From positions 43,006 through 107,005 of IMG/VR virus record IMGVR_UViG_3300025121_000027: 64,000 nt of DNA; one strand, given 5' to 3'. The notes below the pieces were generated by a model. That model saw only the letters and a list, made by a program, of their open reading frames with translations. It made no database searches and was not told the origin of the DNA. The number at the start of each line of letters is the position of its first letter. Position 1 is the first letter of the stretch. Positions 49,645-57,089 of the stretch are shown one piece after another. Source of the stretch: a virus. The position numbers were made by a program, and so were the translations under genes.

Positions 49645-49774
49645 AAAAGGGGAAAGTCGAAAAAGTTTTATACTACTTTTGATACAGGACTTGAACCTGC
49701 TACCGATTGCTTGGAATGCAATTGCTCTACCAAATTGAGCTAATCATGTAAACTTTTAAGCGGTATCCCCTTTT
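49645..49774 (-). ncRNA. Y-RNA-like element E1 carrying a UCC-anticodon tRNA module (49680-49746)
   Basis: Outer stem AAAAGGGGA/UCCCCUUUU, loop UACCGCUU/UCGACUU, inner stem AAAAGUUU/AAACUUUU, ACA, then a cloverleaf with 4-bp acceptor. Confidence 0.8.
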
Positions 49775-49783
49775 GTGTTCAAA

Positions 49784-49925
49784 TTAGCAAGAAGTCGTAT
49801 AAGCTATGTTGATTATACAGATTGATTTAGAGTCAATTGCGTATACCATTCCGCCTTATTCTCCGAAGAAAATAGAAGGAGTCGAACCTTCAAGTATCAT
49901 GTAAGCTTAATGCGGTGCTTGCTAA
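49784..49925 (-). ncRNA. Y-RNA-like element E2 carrying a circularly permuted CUA-anticodon tRNA (49810-49899)
   Basis: Outer stem UUAGCAAG/CUUGCUAA, CACCGCAU/UACGACUU, UAAGCU/AGCUUA, ACA; arm order T arm, UUCG-capped acceptor, D arm, anticodon arm. Confidence 0.82.
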
Positions 49926-49936
49926 ACTTTTTAAAA

Positions 49937-50007
49937 ATGGCGAGAAGTTATATAAGCTCTCTATTGTTTACTCCAGAAACATGTAAGCTTAAGATGATAC
50001 CCGCCAT
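49937..50007 (-). ncRNA. Y-RNA-like element E3, scaffold only
   Basis: AUGGCGGG/CUCGCCAU, UAUCAUCU/UAUAACUU, UAAGCUU/GAGCUUA, ACA, short apical hairpin. Confidence 0.72.
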
Positions 50008-50016
50008 AAGAACTTT

Positions 50017-50150
50017 TAAATCAGTAAGTCGAATAAGCTTTTTACTTTGGTTGCAATTGTTGGATTTGAACCAACTACTTATTCTTTATGAGAGAATCGC
50101 TCTACCAAATTGAGCTAAGTTGCGTGTAGGCTTAATCTGTAACTGATTTA
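50017..50150 (-). ncRNA. Y-RNA-like element E4 carrying a complete CAU-anticodon tRNA with CCA (50048-50124)
   Basis: UAAAUCAGU/ACUGAUUUA, UACAGAU/UUCGACUU, UAAGC/GCUUA, ACA; 77-nt tRNA CGCAACU...AAUUGCA-ACCA. Confidence 0.82.
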
Positions 50151-50161
50151 ATTTTCAAAGA
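50150..50161 (-). promoter_or_regulatory. boxA-like antitermination element
   Basis: UCUUUGAAAAUU between promoter and RNA array; identical copy at 50470-50481. Confidence 0.65.
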
Positions 50162-50180
50162 TCAATTGTTATTCTGAAAT

Positions 50181-50209
50181 ACTATAATAGAAAAGTTTTA
50201 AAAAATAAA
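50181..50209 (-). promoter_or_regulatory. Conserved promoter, copy 2 (drives the ncRNA array)
   Basis: TTTATT-N17-TATAGT. Confidence 0.72.
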
Positions 50210-50226
50210 GAGTAGATAAAATTTTT

Positions 50227-50465
50227 GTTTGCATGGCTGCCAGGATTCGAACCTGGACAACCGATTTGCGTAGCTTCTGCCCTACGCTCGTACGCTGCTG
50301 CGCGAGTAAATCCTCGATTGATCCGCACAGTTCGTCAGCAGATCCTTCTCGGCCAAAGTGCGGTGCGTTTCCGTGGGTTATTCAGCGTCATTTTGGAAGA
50401 TTGTTCATGCAATCTTTTGTCTACCCAAATGTCCTTTCGCCAACTTTCCGCCACAGCCAGCAAAC
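50227..50465 (-). ncRNA. Giant (~239 nt) tRNA-like RNA
   Basis: 12-bp terminal stem GUUUGCUGGCUG/CAGCCA(U)GCAAAC, UGGCGGAA D-arm start, T arm CCAGG-UUCGAAU-CCUGG, several internal hairpins; GC-rich; has its own promoter and boxA. Confidence 0.72.
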
Positions 50466-50469
50466 TATT

Positions 50470-50481
50470 AATTTTCAAAGA
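50470..50481 (-). promoter_or_regulatory. boxA-like antitermination element
   Basis: UCUUUGAAAAUU, identical to 50150-50161. Confidence 0.65.
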
Positions 50482-50505
50482 CCATCTTAAACTTGATTCT
50501 GACTT

Positions 50506-50534
50506 ATTATAATAGAGACTTTTAGAAAAATAAA
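50506..50534 (-). promoter_or_regulatory. Conserved promoter, copy 3
   Basis: TTTATT-N17-TATAAT. Confidence 0.75.
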
Positions 50535-50546
50535 GCCAAGCTAAAA

Positions 50547-51365
50547 TTAATTTCCAGTATAGCTTTTCGGCATAGGTATCTTATCCGAATTTGCCAACTT
50601 AGAACTTGCTTCCTGTATTTGCTTATCACAATCAACAATTTTCTTCATTATATCTTTGGCCTTTTCCGGTACAGAATCAAAAGCAAGCCTTACCAAATCC
50701 ATCCATCGTTTATTATTTTTCCCTCTAATTTCTTCTATCTTATTGATTAATTCTTGATCGCTTTGTTTTTCAGAAGATATGCCAAAAACTTTTTCAAAAG
50801 GATCTATATTTTTCTGTTCTTTCAACAATCCATATTCATAAACATCTACAAATTCACCATTAAGAAACATTGCTTCCTTAAAGATACCCTCTTTTTTAAA
50901 CCCGAGTTTTTCAAATACTTTTTGCATACCGATATTTGTTGCTGCTGTGCCACTCCAGATTCGATTCAATCCAAGTTTTTTAAATCCATGCTCGCATATC
51001 TCTTTAACCGCAAAAGTCGCAACTCCTTTACCATAATAATCTGGTTCACCAATTACAATGGCAATTTCAGCAGACCTATTAATTAGATCAATTCTTTGAA
51101 GTGAAACATTACCGATATGCTTAGGTCCTTTAACTAAGATACTCCAAATTATTCTTGATTCGTCATATTGCAATGTTTCTTTTATGTCTGTATCTGGAGA
51201 GTACGGGAAAAGTCCATGACTGTTTTTTGAAACTACTTCTGGACGATTAAACCAAAACTTATAATCAGAATTAATATTTTTGTTGTCGTATACTTCACAG
51301 AATGGAGCAAGATGAATAGTTCCTGCTTTTTCACTATAGGTTGTTGCTAAGACATTATAATTCAT
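50547..51365 (-). CDS. RimJ/RimL-type GNAT acetyltransferase (PseH-like) with an extra C-terminal helical domain
   Basis: HIGNVSL..ID..NRSAE..I.IGE..Y.GKG.A, N.GM..V.EKLGF.KEG. Confidence 0.8.
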   Translation of the reverse strand: MNYNVLATTYSEKAGTIHLAPFCEVYDNKNINSDYKFWFNRPEVVSKNSHGLFPYSPDTDIKETLQYDESRIIWSILVKGPKHIGNVSLQRIDLINRSAEIAIVIGEPDYYGKGVATFAVKEICEHGFKKLGLNRIWSGTAATNIGMQKVFEKLGFKKEGIFKEAMFLNGEFVDVYEYGLLKEQKNIDPFEKVFGISSEKQSDQELINKIEEIRGKNNKRWMDLVRLAFDSVPEKAKDIMKKIVDCDKQIQEASSKLANSDKIPMPKSYTGN

Positions 51366-51733
51366 TAACCATTCTCCTTTAACATCTCTTCTATTTTATT
51401 CCAATATAAATGTTCAACTGGTATTCCAAATTCATCCGCATTTACTTTTTCAATATGAATACCAAATGATTCTGTCCAGCCAGGAGCGCAAACAATAATC
51501 ATCTTATCCGCCCACTCTACAAGGATTGGCAAATCTTGAGCAAGCCAAAAGTTATGATCTAAATGACTGACTCCTTTTAATACTTTTGAAATCGGGTGGC
51601 TGTGAGATAAAGGAGAAAATACTACATGACCCGCTTTCATTAAAATGCCAGCAATCTTATCTGCTATATCAACGCGATATTCACAAACAGAATAATCCTT
51701 ATGAGAATAAGGGCAAGCCAAATAGATTTTCAT
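51365..51733 (-). CDS. Nucleoside 2-deoxyribosyltransferase-like protein (DUF1937-like)
   Basis: KIYLACPYSH, VFSPLSHSH, GW.ES.G...E. Confidence 0.8.
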   Translation of the reverse strand: MKIYLACPYSHKDYSVCEYRVDIADKIAGILMKAGHVVFSPLSHSHPISKVLKGVSHLDHNFWLAQDLPILVEWADKMIIVCAPGWTESFGIHIEKVNADEFGIPVEHLYWNKIEEMLKENG

Positions 51734-51735
51734 TT

Positions 51736-51996
51736 TTAAATCCTTTTCAGTTTAATTGCTTCATGTTTGTTTAGTTTGTCAATAAATACATCTACCATAT
51801 CTGGATGGCATACAACCAAATTAGCGCTTACAAAATAATAAAATTCAGAAGATGGAACTTGTTTAGTATATTTCTTTCTATACTTCTTAATCCATCTTGC
51901 ATTACTTTTCTTTTTAGGATGTTTAGTTTGAATAACTTCTAAAAGATTATTGTTTGTTTTTATTCTTATATTTGTTGGAAGAGGGTTAATCACCAT
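51736..51996 (-). CDS. Hypothetical basic protein
   Basis: ORF track; packed between neighbours. Confidence 0.55.
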   Translation of the reverse strand: MVINPLPTNIRIKTNNNLLEVIQTKHPKKKSNARWIKKYRKKYTKQVPSSEFYYFVSANLVVCHPDMVDVFIDKLNKHEAIKLKRI

Positions 51997-52957
51997 TTAA
52001 CAATCCTTTAATTACTTCAATATTGTCTGTATACAAAGGATTTCTATCGTCGCTGTATAGGCAATCCTTTAAAGAAGTTATCCACAAAGAAATTCCTTGC
52101 GGCGCTATAATATACTTATCTTCTTTCTCATTTGTTCTGAATATCTCTTCTTGATTGATTAACATTTCATGCGCTTTTTCCCCAGGTCTTCTTCCTACAA
52201 TTTTCCAATTACTTTCATCTGTTCCTGTCGTCGCTTTTATAAATACTTCTAACGAACAAGAAATCATCTTTGGAATATAAGTATACCCAGGCATACAGCT
52301 ATCAAGACAATCTAAAACAAACTTTGCAACTTTAGGAAGCGGAATCCAAAAGCGAGTCATTTCAGGATCAGTAATTGGTATTTTCTTTCCTTTATCAAGA
52401 AGTTTAATCATGTCTAAAATACTACCTCTTGAACCAATTACATTTCCATATCTAACAACAGCAAAATTAGTTCCCCACCCACCGCTATAAATGCTACCTC
52501 TTGACCATAATTTTTCAGCGCACATTTTGCTTGCGCCATATAGATTGATACTCTCCACCGCCTTATCGGTGCTAATAAACATTGCGCTTTTTACATTGGC
52601 AGCAATGCAAGCCATCATAACATTTTCTGTCCCATATACATTTGTCTTGATATATTCTAATGGATTATCTTCTGCTATCGGTACATGTTTCAATGCAGCA
52701 GTATGAATAACATGAGTAACACCTTTCAATGCTTCCGCTAATCTTCGATAGTCTCTAACGTCTCCTATAATAAAAGCAATAGGAGGCATGTCTTTTCCTT
52801 CTAATTGTTTCTTTAAATTATACTGCTTTAATTCGTCCCTACTATAAATCCGTATCCCTTTAATGTTTTTATTTCCTTCAAGTTGATTGAGAATTGCTTT
52901 TCCTAATGAACCAGTACCACCAGTTATTAGATATTCGCGTTTATATTCTATTTTCAT
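51986..52957 (-). CDS. pseB: UDP-N-acetylglucosamine 4,6-dehydratase (PseB/FlaA1-like)
   Basis: ITGGTGSLG, YSRDELKQ, HTAALKHVP, STDKA...NLYGASK, RYGNV.GSRGS, ITDPEMTRFW, RPGEK.HE. Confidence 0.9.
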   Translation of the reverse strand: MKIEYKREYLITGGTGSLGKAILNQLEGNKNIKGIRIYSRDELKQYNLKKQLEGKDMPPIAFIIGDVRDYRRLAEALKGVTHVIHTAALKHVPIAEDNPLEYIKTNVYGTENVMMACIAANVKSAMFISTDKAVESINLYGASKMCAEKLWSRGSIYSGGWGTNFAVVRYGNVIGSRGSILDMIKLLDKGKKIPITDPEMTRFWIPLPKVAKFVLDCLDSCMPGYTYIPKMISCSLEVFIKATTGTDESNWKIVGRRPGEKAHEMLINQEEIFRTNEKEDKYIIAPQGISLWITSLKDCLYSDDRNPLYTDNIEVIKGLLNGD

Positions 52958-53178
52958 TTAGCCTCTTTCGTTCTATCGTCTGCTGAAACAACAGTATCTA
53001 TAATACAGTATTTACAGAAACGGCCTTGATTAAAGTATTTACCGTTGCCAGTAATAATCTTTATAGATAGTTGTTTGTTAGTTATTGGGTCTTTATAAAT
53101 TATAAATGTAAGATCTGGATGACTGAAATTTTTATTGGTAATCTCCATGCCGCATATATCGCAAAATGTTTTAACCAT
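52954..53178 (-). CDS. Small zinc-finger protein
   Basis: FCDICG ... FCKYC. Confidence 0.6.
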   Translation of the reverse strand: MVKTFCDICGMEITNKNFSHPDLTFIIYKDPITNKQLSIKIITGNGKYFNQGRFCKYCIIDTVVSADDRTKEAK

Positions 53179-53180
53179 AG

Positions 53181-53729
53181 TTATACTTTCTGATAACTTT
53201 GTTGAAGCATCCTGAATATCTTTGCTTTAATAGAAGCAGAAGAGCGACCAAGAGTTTTAGATGTTTCTTGAATAAAATGATTTAATCCACTACGCAAACA
53301 TGCTTCTTCTACTACCGCCCACTTTATCTTCTCACTTAAATTCATTGCTTCTTTCTTATCGTCTTCAACATAGCTTACAGTTTGTTTTCCTGTAATGCGT
53401 TCCGTAATTGCTGCTTGAACATATCCTTTAGAAGCAAGATGTTTATTAGCAAGCTTCTCTTCAATCTTTTCTTCTACCCATTGCTGAATAGACTTAGGTC
53501 TTGATTTATTATAAAACTTTTTTTCTACTTCATTATATTCTTCTACAAGAGGATAAGTATCAAATGGTCCTTTAAAAGACATAAACTTTTCATCCCAAAC
53601 AATCCATCCGGCTTTATATCTATGGATGTTGCCAATCTTTTCTATCGGTTCTTCATTTGCAATTTGAGAATAAATTTCAGTATTCACTTTTACTTCTCCT
53701 TTCGCACTTTGATTGATGGTCTTTTGCAA
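53181..53729 (-). CDS. Hypothetical protein with C-terminal HTH-like segment
   Basis: SKTLGRSSASIKAK. Confidence 0.5.
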   Translation of the reverse strand: MQKTINQSAKGEVKVNTEIYSQIANEEPIEKIGNIHRYKAGWIVWDEKFMSFKGPFDTYPLVEEYNEVEKKFYNKSRPKSIQQWVEEKIEEKLANKHLASKGYVQAAITERITGKQTVSYVEDDKKEAMNLSEKIKWAVVEEACLRSGLNHFIQETSKTLGRSSASIKAKIFRMLQQSYQKV

Positions 53730-54565
53730 TCTTTTTCATCTGCTCTTAAATCAATATCTTTTCTATCTTCTCTCGACATAAAATTATCAATCCAGTTTTG
53801 CTCTACATCTGCTTTCTTCATTGCATTTGCAATATCGATTGTTTTAAATGCTGTTTCTGGATACCAGCAATGGCCATGCCTTGATTCATTACCTTTCAAA
53901 TCTACAAGATCAAAATGCATTTCAATTACTTTTGCCCCAGCATTAATAGCCGCAAGAATAGAGCCGATGTTTCTTGTATGGTCTGAATACCCAATCGCTC
54001 CACATACATGAGAAAAAGACTGAATGATTCCTTTTAGAATATCTATTCTTGCATCTTCTGCCGGATAAGAACTAATGCAATGGAAAATACAATCTTCATC
54101 ATTAGGTTTCATCTCTTTTGTAATAGAATAGATTTCAGAACGAGTACACATACCAGTAGAGACAAAAACAGGAAGATTTGTTTCTTTGCATTTACTAATC
54201 AATTCAGAGTTCATACATTCATAACTTGATACTTTTAGAAAGTCTACATACTTCGATACTACTTCAATATCTTCTACATTAAAAACAGAACAGCCAAAAC
54301 CAATCTTATGTAAATTGCAAAGTTGTTTTGTGTGAGCAAGAACTTCTTCTGTAATTTCTCCTCTCTTCGCCATTGCTATCCTATCTGGAAATTCTTTTGA
54401 CCATAATTTTTCTGCTTTATAGTATTGTAATTTGATAGCATCAAAGCCACAAATTCTTGCCGCTTCTACAAGCAAAGAAAGTCTATCTGGATCTTGATTA
54501 TGATTGCTGCCTAATTCAGCTACAAAATAAACGTCGTTATTTTGAGAATAAGGAAATGCTTTCAT
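53690..54565 (-). CDS. NeuB/PseI-family nonulosonic acid synthase
   Basis: VAELGSNHN, DAIKLQ, KVSSYE, STGM, HCISSYP, GYSDHT, GA.VIEMHF. Confidence 0.92.
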   Translation of the reverse strand: MKAFPYSQNNDVYFVAELGSNHNQDPDRLSLLVEAARICGFDAIKLQYYKAEKLWSKEFPDRIAMAKRGEITEEVLAHTKQLCNLHKIGFGCSVFNVEDIEVVSKYVDFLKVSSYECMNSELISKCKETNLPVFVSTGMCTRSEIYSITKEMKPNDEDCIFHCISSYPAEDARIDILKGIIQSFSHVCGAIGYSDHTRNIGSILAAINAGAKVIEMHFDLVDLKGNESRHGHCWYPETAFKTIDIANAMKKADVEQNWIDNFMSREDRKDIDLRADEKDCKRPSIKVRKEK

Positions 54566-54864
54566 AGTTTAATCCTTGTTTTATCAGTAGTATTTTCCAA
54601 AGTAATAGAAATTTTTCTATCTCCTATTTTAGTAATTACTACAACATAAATAGGAGCTAAGTACCCAGGTTCCGTAACAGGAAGTTTTTCATGGAAAGCA
54701 TGATATTCAATAGTATTGCCAAAGTCTGTAAATTCTGCTTTATAAATTATAAGACCAGAAGAAAATAACTTCTTTGCAACTTCATAACTATTTTCAAGAC
54801 AATATTTTGTGATAGCAAATTTACAACATCTATTATTTATAACAGGATTGCTCATATCTTTCAC
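54562..54864 (-). CDS. Hypothetical protein
   Basis: ORF track. Confidence 0.55.
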   Translation of the reverse strand: MKDMSNPVINNRCCKFAITKYCLENSYEVAKKLFSSGLIIYKAEFTDFGNTIEYHAFHEKLPVTEPGYLAPIYVVVITKIGDRKISITLENTTDKTRIKL

Positions 54865-54867
54865 CTA

Positions 54868-55170
54868 TTAGTTAAAGTTGAATTTGATTTTTAGAATGTT
54901 GGTAATATACTCTTTGATCTTTACTTTGATATAGTTCTCCAAAGGAAGATAATCGTCCATGTCTTCTATGTATCTATCGCTATAATTATCATCTTCTGAG
55001 TTCCAAATTTCTTCCCCGAGAAACTTTATTGCGACACCTTCGCCATCTGAATGAATTTCCAATAATCCACTTCTATCCATTACAAATTTATTCTCTGAGT
55101 TCTCTTCATAGATTTCAAGATTGATATTCTCCACAGTATTAAATGCTTCTTCAAGTAGTTTCCAACTCAT
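54868..55170 (-). CDS. Acidic hypothetical protein
   Basis: ORF track; ATGA overlap. Confidence 0.55.
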   Translation of the reverse strand: MSWKLLEEAFNTVENINLEIYEENSENKFVMDRSGLLEIHSDGEGVAIKFLGEEIWNSEDDNYSDRYIEDMDDYLPLENYIKVKIKEYITNILKIKFNFN

Positions 55171-56444
55171 ACTAATTCACTCCTATATTCCCAAACTTTA
55201 TTGAATGCTTTTCCGATATCTATCATGTCATTTGTTGTACTGTTTGGAGCATGAGCGATTGTCAAAAATAGCTTCTCTTTATATAGAGATTCTACAACTG
55301 GTCTATGAATTGCTTCTTGATCTTTTCTCCAAGGCATTTGATAGATAGGCTTAATATAGCCGCATCCAATTTGAACACCTTCGCCATCTCTCCCATCTCT
55401 TGGAGTTAATTCCGCTTTAACCACTTCAATAAACTTATCTCTATGTAGGCTATTTGCTTTGCTTTTATCCCACAAATAAGCAGCAACATAATATGAATGA
55501 GTACATCCGCATCTAATTTTTGCAGGAGTAATTGCAGGAATTTGACTTAACATAATATTAAGATTCATAACGTTTTCGCGTCTTGTTTCAATGTTATAAT
55601 CTAACTTTTTCAATTGCTCTCTTGCTACTGCTGCTTGAAATTCTGTCATGCGAAGATTAAGACCAATCATATTATAATGAATAGATTCCTCGCCAGAATC
55701 ATAAATGTCATTCATTACTGATTCTGCATGATTCATAATCAGCCTGCATCTATTTTCTAAATTTCCACTGTTTGTAACAATCATCCCACCTTCGCCGCAA
55801 GTCATATGCTTGCCAAAGTTCAAAGAGAAAACACTTATATCCGCAATTGTTCCTGAATATCTATCGAAGTATTTTGAGCCTGGTGCCTGAGCACAATCTG
55901 AAATAAGATATATTTCTTTTTTGTACTTCTCTTCTGCTTCCCTAATAATAGATTTCAAATTAGAATAGTCACAAGGTTGGCCGAAAATATCTACTGCAAT
56001 AATTGCTTTTGTTTTCTCTGTAATTAATGATACAACACTTTTAGGATCGATACAAAAATAATCCTCTTCTACATCTGCAAAGACAGGAGTTGCTCCAAAC
56101 CATAGGGGAACAGTAGCAGAACAAGTCATACTATAAGGAGTTACAATAACTTCATCTCCTTGTTTCAAGCCGATTGCGGCGCAAGCAATAAACAAACCAG
56201 ACGTAGCACTATTACAAGCAATAGCTTGTCCGTTGACATTAAATTTATAAGACCAAGACAATTCAAGCCCTTGAATTTCTGGTCCACCCATAGAATGAGG
56301 ACCTTTGTTTGCTCTATATCCAGATGGTCTCCCAAAATTAAAAACTCGCTTTAGTGCTTCTTTTTCATTTTCATTATATGTATTTTGGCTCGGAAAATTT
56401 GTAGTTCTGATTTTTCGCCCACCAAAAATAGCAAGTTCAGACAT
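55167..56444 (-). CDS. DegT/DnrJ/EryC1/StrS aminotransferase (PseC-like)
   Basis: NSATSGL, GDEVIV, DCAQAPG, FSLNFGKHMTCGEGG (PLP-binding Lys), G.NLRMTEFQAA. Confidence 0.92.
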   Translation of the reverse strand: MSELAIFGGRKIRTTNFPSQNTYNENEKEALKRVFNFGRPSGYRANKGPHSMGGPEIQGLELSWSYKFNVNGQAIACNSATSGLFIACAAIGLKQGDEVIVTPYSMTCSATVPLWFGATPVFADVEEDYFCIDPKSVVSLITEKTKAIIAVDIFGQPCDYSNLKSIIREAEEKYKKEIYLISDCAQAPGSKYFDRYSGTIADISVFSLNFGKHMTCGEGGMIVTNSGNLENRCRLIMNHAESVMNDIYDSGEESIHYNMIGLNLRMTEFQAAVAREQLKKLDYNIETRRENVMNLNIMLSQIPAITPAKIRCGCTHSYYVAAYLWDKSKANSLHRDKFIEVVKAELTPRDGRDGEGVQIGCGYIKPIYQMPWRKDQEAIHRPVVESLYKEKLFLTIAHAPNSTTNDMIDIGKAFNKVWEYRSELV

Positions 56445-56462
56445 AGTTTTAATCCTTTCTTT

Positions 56463-57089
56463 TTAATATTTTGAATAAGCAAAATTATTTTCTTGCCCTT
56501 TTTTGTTTTTGACTCTGTTGCACATTTTTCTTATAATATATTCTGATTTATTCAATTCTTTTGCAGCAGCATTTGCGCTTGAAAATTCTTTACCATCAAT
56601 TATCCATATTAAAGATTTTCTTGTGTTTCTTCCATTTGTTTTATGTGTTACAAATCTACAGTTGCCTGGTTCGTAATTCCCATTATTGTCTTCTCTATCT
56701 ATCTCTAACCCTTTCTTCCAACCATTAGACATACACCAGTCATAGAATGTTTTAACGTCATCTTTCCATTCATCACATATCTTAATGCCGCGTCCACCAT
56801 AATATTTATAATCTTTACTTTTAACATTTGTACATCTTTCTTTGATATGCTTCCATGTTTTGTATAACAAATGATATCTTAACCCATGTATAGTATTTCT
56901 TTTGATTATCTCTTCTTTAAATAAACAACCACAACTTTTAGTATTTCCACTTTTGATATTTTCTCCAATGGCTATAAAATCATTTCCGCAGTCGCACTTA
57001 CATTTCCATAAAAGTTTACCCATTTTATTCTTTCCAGTGAGTTGAATTACAATAAATCTCCCATATCTTTTGTTGGTAATATCAATCAC
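56463..57089 (-). mobile_element. HNH-type homing endonuclease inside the sugar cluster
   Basis: W.C.CDCG, TKSCGC, YGGRGI.ICDEW, IDR.DNNGNYEPGNCRF. Confidence 0.82.

Noticed and set aside
49810-49899. Amber stop-codon reassignment implied by the CUA anticodon
   Set aside because: Long genes are intact under the standard code and several end at TAG (11430, 15451, 29469); the RNA has a sealed acceptor end
49645-50150. CRISPR array interpretation of the repeated units
   Set aside because: Repeats are structural rather than identical, inserts are tRNA-like and vary widely in length, and there are no cas genes
50227-50465. tmRNA
   Set aside because: No GGGG start, G3-U70 alanine acceptor or CCA end; no evident tag reading frame; shorter than typical
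50225-50512. Two + strand ORFs (95 and 85 aa)
   Set aside because: They overlap the GC-rich structured RNA on the opposite strand, have no RBS or motifs, and oppose the local gene direction
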